Below are positions 36,990 through 45,901 of a stretch of DNA of 64,000 nt, piece by piece. The translations under genes were made by a program, and so were the position numbers. Source of the DNA: a virus (lineage: Duplodnaviria; Caudoviricetes); the IMG/VR virus record IMGVR_UViG_3300038393_002209, positions 372-64,371 of that record. One strand, given 5' to 3'. How positions within the stretch are numbered: position 1 is the first letter of the stretch; each line of letters starts with the position of its first letter. Below the pieces are notes generated by a model, which had not been told where the DNA came from, did no database searches, and saw only the letters and a list, made by a program, of their open reading frames with translations.

Positions 36990-37217
36990 TCAGGGGATGA
37001 ACCCGGCCAGGCCCAGCAGGGTGACGATGGCGGCGGCTGCGACCAGGAGGGCGGGGAGGCCGACGAAGGCCGATCCGCGGTGGTCGCTGTCGTCGATGCT
37101 CAGGCGGAAGCGGAAGGTCAGGCCCGGCGGCCTGGAGTCGGCGAACCACGCCGCGAGGTGGACGACGCCGGCCAGGAACAGCAGGACGGGGCAGGCGACA
37201 AGCAAGGACATGAGCAC
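36990..37217 (-). CDS. two-TM small membrane protein
   Basis: Two hydrophobic stretches; GGAGG RBS. Confidence 0.6.
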   Translation of the reverse strand: MLMSLLVACPVLLFLAGVVHLAAWFADSRPPGLTFRFRLSIDDSDHRGSAFVGLPALLVAAAAIVTLLGLAGFIP

Positions 37218-37221
37218 CTCC

Positions 37222-37234
37222 GGTAACGATTACC
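37222..37234. promoter_or_regulatory. 13-bp dispersed palindrome, copy 10
   Basis: GGTAACGATTACC; overlaps the ArsR stop and the next RBS region. Confidence 0.75.
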
Positions 37235-37514
37235 TCGACACGGCGACCTCGGCCGCCTCCAGCAACGCCGCACCCAGGCTCGTGACGCGGTAGAGACGCA
37301 GCTTGCCCTTCCGCCGCCTCTCGACCGCGGCGGCCCGCTCCAGCTCGATCAGGTGCAGGCTGGCCACGGCCTTCGACTCCCCGGTCACGACCGCGACCTC
37401 GCCGCTCGCCATCTCCTCGACGTCATCCAACGCCAGGAGGATCTTGAGCCGGGTCGGGCAGGAGACCAGCGAGAGCCTCGTCGCCGCCATCAGGACCTGA
37501 TCGGGATACAGCAC
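37230..37514 (-). CDS. ArsR/SmtB-family winged-helix regulator
   Basis: CPTRLKILLAL...MASGEVA...SLHLIELERA..VERRRKGKLRLY; start uncertain. Confidence 0.75.
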   Translation of the reverse strand: MLYPDQVLMAATRLSLVSCPTRLKILLALDDVEEMASGEVAVVTGESKAVASLHLIELERAAAVERRRKGKLRLYRVTSLGAALLEAAEVAVSR

Positions 37515-37554
37515 GCCACCACTCCCCGGGGCCGACACGACCGACCACGCAGGG

Positions 37555-37643
37555 ATTATACCACCAGTCCGCCGGTCGTCCAGTGGTTGACCGGAACTTT
37601 TTTCCGGTGGACCGTTGACTCTTCACCAGTGGACAGGTATTAT
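37555..37643. promoter_or_regulatory. divergent promoter pair with operator-like sites
   Basis: Minus: TGGACG-16-TATAAT (37555-37582); plus: TTGACT-17-TATTAT (37615-37643); ACCAGT-N2-ACTGGT-like sites in both spacers. Confidence 0.7.
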
Positions 37644-37649
37644 TCCCAT

Positions 37650-38080
37650 GCCGAGCGGCGAGAGGGCCGATCGGGGGGACCTCCCGGGCGTGCCGGGGGG
37701 CGGGTTCGTCAGGCCGGCAGCGGAAGCGGTTGCCGGCCGGGCCACGCTCCTTCACCCGACCCAAAAGCGAGCGGGTTAATCGCCGTTGCCAGGTCCAAAC
37801 CTCCCTGGCGACCGGGTGCCTAGGCCGTGCGGGGGCGGCCGTAGTCTGCGAGCCAGTAGGCCGTGCCCTGTCCGGGAATCCCGGGCGGGGAGAAACCCGG
37901 GCGACGCGGAGGTAATCGATCCTCCATCCGGCAGCGTCCCGGTCACAAGCCATGCCTGCCCGATCCGGGCGGGACGAACAAAGGCGGCCCCAAGGCGAGC
38001 AGGCGGGAACCCGGGAGCGGCATCCCCCCGAGACTCAGACATTCACAGCCTGCCAAGTAACCCACTCCTAACGAGTGAAT
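37650..38080 (+). ncRNA. candidate structured non-coding RNA or long leader
   Basis: No credible ORF after a consensus promoter; at least seven stem-loops; no known family recognised. Confidence 0.35.
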
Positions 38081-38109
38081 ACATGGCGGGGGAGCCCGGA
38101 GTATTGGCC

Positions 38110-38946
38110 ATGTGCAACGACAAGTGTCAGAGGACGGTGGTCCGGTCGGTGGACGGCCTGCCCGACTTCGAGCTGCTGGAGATCCTCACCGAGCCCGGAG
38201 ACTGGAGGGCGGTCCGCTACCGCGTCGGCGGGGCCACCTACCGCCACGACGAGGGCACGATCCGGACGATGGCCCAGTCCGGCTACGCCCCGGACCGCCT
38301 GCTGGGCCGGACCCTCCTGGCCGCCCTGGAGGGCCGTGTCGCCCCGGACACCTCCACGGCCGGGCTGGTCCGCAACCCGGTCGAGATCGTCAGCCTGGGC
38401 GACCGCCAGGTCCACTACCGGGTCTGCCCGGGCGGCGACGTCGAGACGTGGTGGCTATCCTCGGTCGCCGAGCACCGCGACTGCGACGGCGACCTCTCGA
38501 CCCTCGCCGCCTACCTGATCTCCGCAGCCATCGACGACTACCGCAAGGCCAAGTCGAGCACGCCCTGGTCCGAGCACCGCGACAAGCCCGTCATCGAGCT
38601 GATGGGCGACGAGATCAAGCTCCTCGTCCGGGGCGACACTGCCGTCATCACCCCGCACGCGGTCGTGACCCCGGCCCCGGGTTACAGGCCCGACCCTGAG
38701 CCATCCAGGCCCGCCCAGCCCTTCGAGGCCGTCGAGCAGTACGCCGTCGTCAACCTCGGCCACGAGGTTCTGAACTTCAAGGTCTGGCACGGCGAGGAGG
38801 CCAAGGCCGAGGCCGAGGCCCGCCGCCTCACCCGCGTCCACGGCGGCGAGTTCGCCGTCCTCAAGAAGATCGGCCAGACCCGCCGCCTGCCCGGCCCGGT
38901 CGAGTACGCCGAGACCATCCCCGAGTCGGAGGCCATGCCCTTCTGA
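38110..38946 (+). CDS. hypothetical protein
   Basis: GGAG RBS before ATG 38110; genome-typical codons. Confidence 0.65.
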   Translation: MCNDKCQRTVVRSVDGLPDFELLEILTEPGDWRAVRYRVGGATYRHDEGTIRTMAQSGYAPDRLLGRTLLAALEGRVAPDTSTAGLVRNPVEIVSLGDRQVHYRVCPGGDVETWWLSSVAEHRDCDGDLSTLAAYLISAAIDDYRKAKSSTPWSEHRDKPVIELMGDEIKLLVRGDTAVITPHAVVTPAPGYRPDPEPSRPAQPFEAVEQYAVVNLGHEVLNFKVWHGEEAKAEAEARRLTRVHGGEFAVLKKIGQTRRLPGPVEYAETIPESEAMPF

Positions 38947-38954
38947 TCCGGGGT

Positions 38955-38967
38955 GGTAACGGTTTCC
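38955..38967. promoter_or_regulatory. 13-bp dispersed palindrome, copy 11 (intergenic)
   Basis: GGTAACGGTTTCC. Confidence 0.8.
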
Positions 38968-39007
38968 AGTCCACATTCCTTCACCGACTGATTCGAGGAG
39001 ATTGAGC

Positions 39008-39340
39008 ATGAAAGCGTTCGACGTCGCGGCCCGCAGGATCGCCCTCGCCGCCCAGGCCATCGCCCTCGCCGCCTCGAAGGAGGACGTCGAGAAGCGGACC
39101 CGCGAGGGCCGGATCTCCCGCAAGGCCCGCGGCCTCCGCCCCCTCGGCTCCCTGCCGAACCGGGCGGCCGACTACTACGGCCACCGCCGCCGTCCGGCGA
39201 TCACGCCGGAGCGTATCAAGGCCACCCGGAAGCACTGGGAGGCCGACGCCGCCTTCGGGCGGCAGGAGCGGGCCTTCTTCCGCCGCTCGGCCTGCGTCCG
39301 GCGTTACCTCCTCGCCCAGGCCGAACTCGCCTCCCGTTGA
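39008..39340 (+). CDS. basic hypothetical protein
   Basis: GAGGAG RBS; Arg/Ala-rich. Confidence 0.6.
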   Translation: MKAFDVAARRIALAAQAIALAASKEDVEKRTREGRISRKARGLRPLGSLPNRAADYYGHRRRPAITPERIKATRKHWEADAAFGRQERAFFRRSACVRRYLLAQAELASR

Positions 39341-39405
39341 CCCGACCCGCACCGCATCGAAGGTATCCGCGAAGGGAACCTCACCACGTATCAGGACTCG
39401 ATGAC

Positions 39406-41490
39406 GTGAAGAGATTCTCGCTCCTAGGCACCCTGGCGGCCGTCGTCGCCCTCGCCCTGCCGGGCGTGGGCCAGGCCCAGGACCCCGCCCCCGCCCCGCA
39501 GTACCAGGAACGCTACGACATCCGGAAGTTCGGGGCCGTGCCCGGCCAGCTCCTCGACCTGCCGGCGGCCGACCGGGCCGCCCAGTTCGAGAAGAACGCC
39601 CGGGCCGTCCAGGCCGCCGTGGACGCGGCCTACGCCGACCTCCTGGCCAACGGCGGGGTCGGCAGCTACCGCCTGGGCCTCAAGGCCCAAATCTACGTGC
39701 CGCCGGACCCCCAGGGCTTCCGCCTCTCCCGCCCGGTCTTCCTCGACAAGGGGGTCGGCATCCGGGGGGTGGACGGCTCGTGCCTCACCTTCCTGGGCGG
39801 CTACGGCGTCTACGCCGGTGTCCCCCGCCGTGCCGAGAACGACGCGGCGTATGTCGATGCGTTCGGGGTCCTGGACGCGACCGCGGTGCCGGCGGCCGGC
39901 AAGGCTTACGGCATCAACCTCGGCGGGGTCCGCTCCCTCTCGTTCCGCGGCTCCCCCTTCGACCTGGGCCGGCCCAAGCCGCACCCGGAGACCGGCCCCG
40001 GGTTCTTCCGGAACGTCGGGAAGTTCACGATCGAGTACGCCTTCGTCTTCGGCCCCAACTTCACCTCGGGCGAGGTCAACGGGTCCCGGGGGTGGTTCAA
40101 CGGCCCTCCCGGCCCGTTCCAACTGTTCTACAACAAGGTCAACGGTCGATGGGACCTCCACATGACCGGCCGGGGCGGGGCCTCGGACCGCACGGTGGTC
40201 TCGTGGTACACCTCGACGGCCCCCACCCAGAAGGGGGCGGTGGTCCTCGACTTCGACTCCGCGGCGGTCCAGGCGTATGACCACGCCACCGGGGCCGTGG
40301 CCACGAACGTGTCCAAGGCCGGGGCGACCTGGAAGCCCGGCTACCGGCTGTTCGAGCCCCTCTGCGGCGAGAACGGCGTGGGGATGACCAACGCGGGCAG
40401 CGAGGCGGCCAGGGACTTCGCGGTCTACGGGCTCAAGTACATCGACCTGCTCCGGTATCCCACCGGGGTCGCGGTCGGGACGCCAGCCGTCCGCAATGAC
40501 GGCCAGCCGAGGAACGACTACACCTCGTATGTCCGCCCCTTCGCCGGGGACTTCGCGGTCCTGGTGCTGCCGGCCAAGGCGACCGGCAACGACGGCCTGG
40601 TGCAGTGGAAGAGTTCCCCCTCGGGCCACACCAACTCCGACGGCTTCGGGTTCCTGCTCGACAACCGCTGGGGACCCTGGTGGAGTTCGGCCCCCGCCAA
40701 CATCACCGGGATGCGGATCGAGCACCAGGGCGGCAACCGATACGGCTCGGCGATCACGATCGGCCAGCAGTACGACCTTCATATCGAAAAGTGCCAACTC
40801 TTCGGGTTCGCCCGCGGCGCCGATCAGGTGCTGCGGAACACGGTCTACACGACCTACATGGATGAGGTCGAGTTCAAGTTCCAGGGGGATTGCGGCGTCA
40901 GCCTCGACACCGGCCTGTTCGTCGCCCAGCGGCTGAACATGCAGGTGACGGGCCGGACCCTGTTCCGGACCCGGGAGACGGAGTTCCGGATCTCGGACGT
41001 GTTCGGGGCGGACACCCACCTCGAACTCGGGTCCGAGTTCTACATGATTACGAATAAGTGCTCGATCGAGCGTTGGGGGATCGACGCCGAGACCTCCCAG
41101 TTCCCGATCGGCATCAAGATCAGCCGGGGCGGCACCCTGGGCAAGAGTTCGCTCAGGCTGGTGGACTTCGACACGACCGGGGTCGGGGACGGCGGGGTCA
41201 GCCTCTGCACGGTCGGGCAGCAGTGGGGTCCGATGAAGGCGACCCCCGCGACCCTGATCCTCGACAACGCCTTCGACGCCGCCGTGAACCCGGATGCCGC
41301 CGGGATCGTGGACGTCAACGGCGAGCCGGGCTGGGCGGTGGACGTCCGCGACACCCCGGTCCACTGGGGCGGCTCGGCCCAGCCCCAACTCTTCAAGCCC
41401 GCCCCGGTCCTCCCCGAGGGCGGGGCGATGATCCTGCCTATCGACCCCCTGGTCGCCCCCTCGCCTTCCCCCCGCCGCAAGGCGGCCTGA
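39406..41490 (+). CDS. exported pectin-lyase-like (beta-helix) protein
   Basis: Sec signal (V)KRFSLLGTLAAVVALALPGVGQA; YDIRKFGAVPG...AVQAAVDAA...IYVPP is typical of the pectate_lyase_3/tailspike cap. Confidence 0.6.
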   Translation: MKRFSLLGTLAAVVALALPGVGQAQDPAPAPQYQERYDIRKFGAVPGQLLDLPAADRAAQFEKNARAVQAAVDAAYADLLANGGVGSYRLGLKAQIYVPPDPQGFRLSRPVFLDKGVGIRGVDGSCLTFLGGYGVYAGVPRRAENDAAYVDAFGVLDATAVPAAGKAYGINLGGVRSLSFRGSPFDLGRPKPHPETGPGFFRNVGKFTIEYAFVFGPNFTSGEVNGSRGWFNGPPGPFQLFYNKVNGRWDLHMTGRGGASDRTVVSWYTSTAPTQKGAVVLDFDSAAVQAYDHATGAVATNVSKAGATWKPGYRLFEPLCGENGVGMTNAGSEAARDFAVYGLKYIDLLRYPTGVAVGTPAVRNDGQPRNDYTSYVRPFAGDFAVLVLPAKATGNDGLVQWKSSPSGHTNSDGFGFLLDNRWGPWWSSAPANITGMRIEHQGGNRYGSAITIGQQYDLHIEKCQLFGFARGADQVLRNTVYTTYMDEVEFKFQGDCGVSLDTGLFVAQRLNMQVTGRTLFRTRETEFRISDVFGADTHLELGSEFYMITNKCSIERWGIDAETSQFPIGIKISRGGTLGKSSLRLVDFDTTGVGDGGVSLCTVGQQWGPMKATPATLILDNAFDAAVNPDAAGIVDVNGEPGWAVDVRDTPVHWGGSAQPQLFKPAPVLPEGGAMILPIDPLVAPSPSPRRKAA

Positions 41491-41565
41491 CCCGCCCCGA
41501 GCCCCCGCCGCCCTCGGGCGGGGGCGTCCCCTCACGCATCGACATTCATCAGGAGGATACCGAAC

Positions 41566-42156
41566 ATGATGGTGGAAACGGATACCGCGGTCGAGTACCG
41601 GCCGATCCCCGGGTTCCCGAACTACGAGATCGGCTCGGACGGGGTCCCCTACTCGTGCTGGCCGGGCGCCCCGAGGACGCCCCTGAAGTCGCGGCTGATC
41701 CGGGGCTATCCGGCCTTCGACCTCCGGCGGGGCGGGAAGAAGTTCACCCTCAAGGTCCACCGGGTCGTCATGCTGGCGTTCGTGGGTCCGTGCCCCGAGG
41801 GCCAGGAGGTGCTCCACGGGGACGGCGACCCGACCAACCCACGCCTGGGCAACCTGCGTTACGGGACCAAGCGGGAGAACGCGGCGGACCGGGACCGCCA
41901 CGGCACCCACGGCCGGGGCGAGCGGTCGGGCCGGGCGAAGATCAGCAACGCCGACGCGGCCTACATCCGCTACCTCAAGGACGGGGGCTGGAAGCTCCGG
42001 GAGCTGGAGGATCGATACGGCATCACCAAGGCCAGCCTCAGCTACATCATTAATAGGAAGACGTTCACCGAGGTCCCGGACTACGTCCCCGCCGAGGGGG
42101 AGGTCTGCCCGGCCCCCGGCGGCCCGGGATTCGCGGGCCAGCTCTCGGCGGCTTGA
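41566..42156 (+). CDS. HNH homing endonuclease (NUMOD4-HNH type with C-terminal HTH)
   Basis: YRPIPGFPNYEIGSDG; VHRVVMLAFVGPCPEGQEVLHGDGDPTNPRLGNLRYGT. Confidence 0.9.
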   Translation: MMVETDTAVEYRPIPGFPNYEIGSDGVPYSCWPGAPRTPLKSRLIRGYPAFDLRRGGKKFTLKVHRVVMLAFVGPCPEGQEVLHGDGDPTNPRLGNLRYGTKRENAADRDRHGTHGRGERSGRAKISNADAAYIRYLKDGGWKLRELEDRYGITKASLSYIINRKTFTEVPDYVPAEGEVCPAPGGPGFAGQLSAA

Positions 42157-42198
42157 AACCGGCCCGGCCCCCCATAGGATTGCCCAGTCGCTTTGGCG

Positions 42199-42231
42199 GC
42201 CGGATTCCTAGCCGGATTCCTAGCCGGATTC
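42199..42231. repeat. 12-bp tandem repeat (x2.7), putative integrase arm sites
   Basis: GCCGGATTCCTA x2 plus GCCGGATTC. Confidence 0.75.
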
Positions 42232-42345
42232 GCCGCGTGGCGGGTCCGGTTTCCGGCTTCCTGGAGCAAGGGGGCCTCGCCCCGGAACGTCCGGAACCCC
42301 AGACGCAAACCGATTTCCTGTCTGGATTTATGGGCTCGTGGCATG

Positions 42346-42420
42346 GAGAGTCGAACTCACATGGGGGTAGCCCCCCGGAGGATTTTAAGTCCTCTGCGTA
42401 TCCCGTTCCGCCACGTCGGC
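42346..42420 (-). tRNA. tRNA-Leu(UAA) lacking the 3' acceptor strand (attP core candidate or pseudo-tRNA)
   Basis: GCCGACG acceptor 5' strand, D arm TGGCGGAACGGGATACGC, GAGGA-CTTAAAA-TCCTC anticodon arm, long variable arm, GTGAG-TTCGACT-CTC; sequence then diverges with no CGTCGGC partner. Confidence 0.8.
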
Positions 42421-42477
42421 CACGGCCTTGAATCCTAGGGAATTTGAGGGGATGGGGGTTGGGATCGGGCGACGATA

Positions 42478-42497
42478 GCCGGATTCCTAGCCGGATT
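42478..42497. repeat. second cluster of the 12-bp repeat (x1.7)
   Basis: GCCGGATTCCTA GCCGGATT on the other side of the tRNA fragment. Confidence 0.75.
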
Positions 42498-42528
42498 GGA
42501 CCGGGAAGAGGCCCCGCGGAGGCGGGGC

Positions 42529-43704
42529 ATGGGACGACAGCCGCAGGTCCGTCCACGTCAAGGGTACTGGTACAGCGAGGCGGGGGGCAAGGGCCGGAAC
42601 TACGGCCGGGTCGGGGAGGTGTCCAGGCTGGAGGCCCAGCGTCGCCTGCTGGAGGCCCTCCACGCCCCGCCGGAGCCCTCCGAGGCCCCGGGAGGGCCTG
42701 GACGCCCATCCACGCCCACGATCGCCCCTGGGGGCTTCCAGGGGGCTTCTGCGGGGCCGTCCGTGGACGCCCTGGCGGAGACCTACCTGGAGTGGGTCGC
42801 CAGGCACCGGGCGGCCAAGTCCCTCTCGGTCCAGCGGGGGCACCTGAAGCGGTTCCGGGACGCCTACGGGACCCGGCCGGCCCTGTCCATCACCGCCGAC
42901 GACCTGGAGGCGTTCCAGGCGGATCTGGCCCGTGCCTACCCGCCCGTCTACGTGCGGAAGCACTCGGTCACGGTCCGGTCGATGGTCCACCTCGCCGCCC
43001 GGCGTGGCTGGCTCCCCCCCGGGTTCGACCCGTTCCGGACGGCCGAGCACGTCAAGGTGGGGCCGAGGCCCCTCCTGGAGTCCGACCTACCCACGCCCGG
43101 GGAGGTCGCGGCCCTGGAGGCCGAGTGCGTCCCCTGCATGCTCGACATCCTGCGGTGCTACCACGCCACCGGCGCCCGGACGTCCGAGCTGATCGACGCC
43201 AGGGTCCGGGACTACCAGGCCGGCATCCAGGCGCTGGTCCTGGGCCGGCACAAGCGGGAGAAGACGCTCAAGGACCCCCTGCCCCGCACGGTCCAGCTCA
43301 ACGCCGAGGCCGCCCGGATCATCGGCCGGCTCTGCGGGGGCCGTCGCCCGGACGACCCGATATTCCGCCGCGAGGACGGCAGGGCCTGGACCCTCGAAGC
43401 CCTCAACCACCGGGTCAAGGCCGCCACGGTCCGGGCGGGGTTGCGGGAGGGTATCACCCCTTATTCATTCCGCCATCTTTGGATCAGCGAGGCGTTGATG
43501 GCGGGCCTGGACATCGCCCTGGTGGCCCGGATGGCCGGCACCTCGGTGGCCATGATCGAGAAGGTCTACGGGCATTTCCGGGGGCAGGCCCTTGCCGAGG
43601 CCCAGGCCCGTGTGGACCGTTACCGGAGACAACTCGCTACCCCCGAATCCCCGGAGGACCCGAATCCGGATTCCGAACCCAAGTCCTATCGGCGAAAGGG
43701 TTAG
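42529..43704 (+). CDS. int: tyrosine recombinase / phage integrase
   Basis: TGARTSEL, PYSFRH, MAGTSVAMIEKVYGH catalytic motifs; N-terminal core-binding domain. Confidence 0.92.
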   Translation: MGRQPQVRPRQGYWYSEAGGKGRNYGRVGEVSRLEAQRRLLEALHAPPEPSEAPGGPGRPSTPTIAPGGFQGASAGPSVDALAETYLEWVARHRAAKSLSVQRGHLKRFRDAYGTRPALSITADDLEAFQADLARAYPPVYVRKHSVTVRSMVHLAARRGWLPPGFDPFRTAEHVKVGPRPLLESDLPTPGEVAALEAECVPCMLDILRCYHATGARTSELIDARVRDYQAGIQALVLGRHKREKTLKDPLPRTVQLNAEAARIIGRLCGGRRPDDPIFRREDGRAWTLEALNHRVKAATVRAGLREGITPYSFRHLWISEALMAGLDIALVARMAGTSVAMIEKVYGHFRGQALAEAQARVDRYRRQLATPESPEDPNPDSEPKSYRRKG

Positions 43705-43736
43705 GGCAATGGACGATTTTGTCCAGAGGTAGCTAC

Positions 43737-43765
43737 TTGACGACGGTTGCACGGACTCCTATGAT
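43737..43765 (+). promoter_or_regulatory. sigma70-type promoter TTGACG-17-TATGAT
   Basis: Consensus hexamers upstream of the 43884 ORF. Confidence 0.6.
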
Positions 43766-43883
43766 CGGGTGCATTCAGCCTGCCGTGTGCATGCAATGCG
43801 GCGTCGATGGGCTGATGGGACCCCGGGGCGGCGATGGCCCCGGGGACGCATCCGGGTGGACGCTTAAAATTGGAGGGGGATCG

Positions 43884-44219
43884 ATGGGGCGACGGGAGGA
43901 TCGTCGGGGGCCGGGCCTGTTCCTCGTGGGCTCGGACGGGGCGAGGACGCACCTCGGACCCCGGCCGATCGCGGTGCACGTCGATGAAGTGCCCCCGACG
44001 GCGGGCACTCCGCCCTGGACGACGGTGGTCCGGGTCTGGCGGACGTGCGACCTGGGCTCAGGCGGGTGCGGCCTCTGCCCCCTGTCGGGCTGCAAGGCCG
44101 TGCACCACGCCTCGGGGCTCTCGACCTGTCACATCCGGGGGATCGGGCACCTGACCGACGAGGAGGCGGTCACGGTCTCCCGGGACCCCGAGGTCACTTC
44201 GCTGCCTTCCGCCGGCTGA
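43884..44219 (+). CDS. small Cys/His-rich hypothetical protein
   Basis: CDLGSGGCGLCPLSGCKAVHH..STCH; GGAGG RBS. Confidence 0.55.
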   Translation: MGRREDRRGPGLFLVGSDGARTHLGPRPIAVHVDEVPPTAGTPPWTTVVRVWRTCDLGSGGCGLCPLSGCKAVHHASGLSTCHIRGIGHLTDEEAVTVSRDPEVTSLPSAG

Positions 44220-44694
44220 CGCCCGCGAGCCCCGCGGTCCCGACCGGGCCTGGTGCCGCCGCGGGTGCCGGCGGCACGTCCACCTTGCGGGTCTCCGAGG
44301 GGACGGGGACGAACCCGCCCGGGCTCGGGAGTTCGCGGTCCTCGGGGACGCCGAGCACCCGCTTGAGGGCGTACTCCTCCCCCATCATGGCGGCGGCCGA
44401 GAGCAGACGCTCCTGGATGGGGGTGAGGGGCGGCCGGGCGGCCGACTTGTCCCGCAAGGGCGGCGGGTAGTCCTGGTCGTCGTCCACCAGCCAGTCCAGC
44501 GACACCGCCCGGTCGGGCAGGCCGGCGGCCAGGGCGTCGGCTAGCGGCTTCAGGTACTCGATCGAGACCAGGCGGAACCGCTCGGCCACGATGTCGGCGG
44601 CCCGGTTCGAGCCGATGTTGGCGGCCCGCCCGAGCTGGGCCGGCTTCCACTGCTTCTCCGCCAGGAAGGCGTTGAGCTTCTCCACCGTCGTCAT
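44194..44694 (-). CDS. CI-like XRE HTH repressor
   Basis: KLNAFLAEKQWKPAQLGRAANIG...LKPLADAL...VSLDWL; near integrase and divergent from replication genes. Confidence 0.7.
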   Translation of the reverse strand: MTTVEKLNAFLAEKQWKPAQLGRAANIGSNRAADIVAERFRLVSIEYLKPLADALAAGLPDRAVSLDWLVDDDQDYPPPLRDKSAARPPLTPIQERLLSAAAMMGEEYALKRVLGVPEDRELPSPGGFVPVPSETRKVDVPPAPAAAPGPVGTAGLAGVSRRKAAK

Positions 44695-44991
44695 GGTCCG
44701 CTCCTCTCCGCGTTGCTGCCGTCCGGGGGAAATCCACCCGGACACGGCAATACTGGTGAAACTACGCCCTTAAGTCAAGGGAAGTCGGGGCGGAATAATC
44801 CACCCCACCACCCCAATACGACCTTCGGCTTGCGTTGTGCCATCCCACTGGCAGAATTTTCCGACCACCAACGATTTTCCTGTCACGGTGTTGACTTTCC
44901 ACCCCACTGGAGCAATAATGGTCGTGTCGGGGCGAGGTTCGCCCAGCACCACACCATCGGGCCGGCAGGCCCGCCCAGGGGGAACGAGACG

Positions 44992-45843
44992 ATGTCCCAA
45001 GAGACGCAGTTCGCGGACGTCTTCGCGGCGTTGGCCCAGGAGTTCGACCAGGGGGAGGTCAAGCAGCGTCAGGGGCAGCGGGGGACGATGCTGTCCTACA
45101 TCACCGCCCGGACGGCCATGAACCGGCTGGACAACGTCGTCGGCCCGGAGAACTGGGAGGACGACTACGAGGTGATGCGGGACAACTCGATCAAGTGCAA
45201 GCTGACCCTCAAGCTGGTCGACCCGGCCACCAAGGAGTGGGTGTCCGTCACCAAGGCCGGCATCGGGGTCACGGCCTCCAGCGTGGGCGAGGACGCCGAG
45301 AAGGGCGGCGAGTCGGACGCCTTCAAGCGGGCGGCGGCCAAGTTCGGCGTGGCCCGCTACCTCTACCGCGACGGCGTGCCCGACTTCGTCCGCGATGCCA
45401 ACGGCGGCCAGGAACCCCAGGCCCCTCCGGCCCAGGCGCCACGCGGCGGCGGTAACGGCGGGGGCGGCTACCGCAACGGCAACGGGGGCGGTAACGGCTA
45501 CCAGGGCGGCGGGAACGGCGGGGGCCGGCCGCAGGGCAATGGCGGCGGCAATGGCGGCGGCCAGGGCGGAGGCCGGGACTTCGGGCCGCCCAAGACGGCC
45601 AAGCACCTCTGGGCTCGGGCCAAGGCCGAGGAGGAGAAGCTCGGCCCCGACGGCAAGGGGGAGCTGATCGAGTTCCTCGTCGGCTGGACCGAGAACGCCA
45701 TCGGCACCAAGAAGATCTACGACCTCCCGGACAACGCCATCCCGGACGCCTTCGAGGCCCTCATGGGCAAGGTCGCGTCGATGCGGGGCGTGCCGTCCGG
45801 CGGGGGCGGCGAGCAGTGGGAAGGGGACCGCGGGGGATACTGA
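44992..45843 (+). CDS. Rad52/Rad22-family single-strand annealing protein (Sak-like)
   Basis: LSYITARTAMNRLDNVVGPENW...EKGGESDAFKRAAAKFGVARYLY; Gly/Asn-rich linker. Confidence 0.9.
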   Translation: MSQETQFADVFAALAQEFDQGEVKQRQGQRGTMLSYITARTAMNRLDNVVGPENWEDDYEVMRDNSIKCKLTLKLVDPATKEWVSVTKAGIGVTASSVGEDAEKGGESDAFKRAAAKFGVARYLYRDGVPDFVRDANGGQEPQAPPAQAPRGGGNGGGGYRNGNGGGNGYQGGGNGGGRPQGNGGGNGGGQGGGRDFGPPKTAKHLWARAKAEEEKLGPDGKGELIEFLVGWTENAIGTKKIYDLPDNAIPDAFEALMGKVASMRGVPSGGGGEQWEGDRGGY

Positions 45844-45901
45844 GCCCCCGGCCGACCGGCCCGAGCCGGCCGGGGCACCGGAGCCGCCGTGGTCCCCCGA
45901 C

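Noticed and set aside
37712-37738. SRP (4.5S) RNA domain IV
   Set aside because: GGAA loop is present, but the conserved CAGG/AGCA internal loops are not; no tmRNA or RNase P signatures either
42199-42497. Short tandem repeats as a mini CRISPR array
   Set aside because: 12-bp units are contiguous with no unique spacers and no cas genes; better explained as integrase arm sites
45440-45580. GGCGGTAACGGC-type repeats, including GGTAACGGCTACC at about 45491, as extra palindrome sites
   Set aside because: They encode the Gly/Asn-rich linker of the SSAP, so the resemblance is explained by GGN-AAC codons
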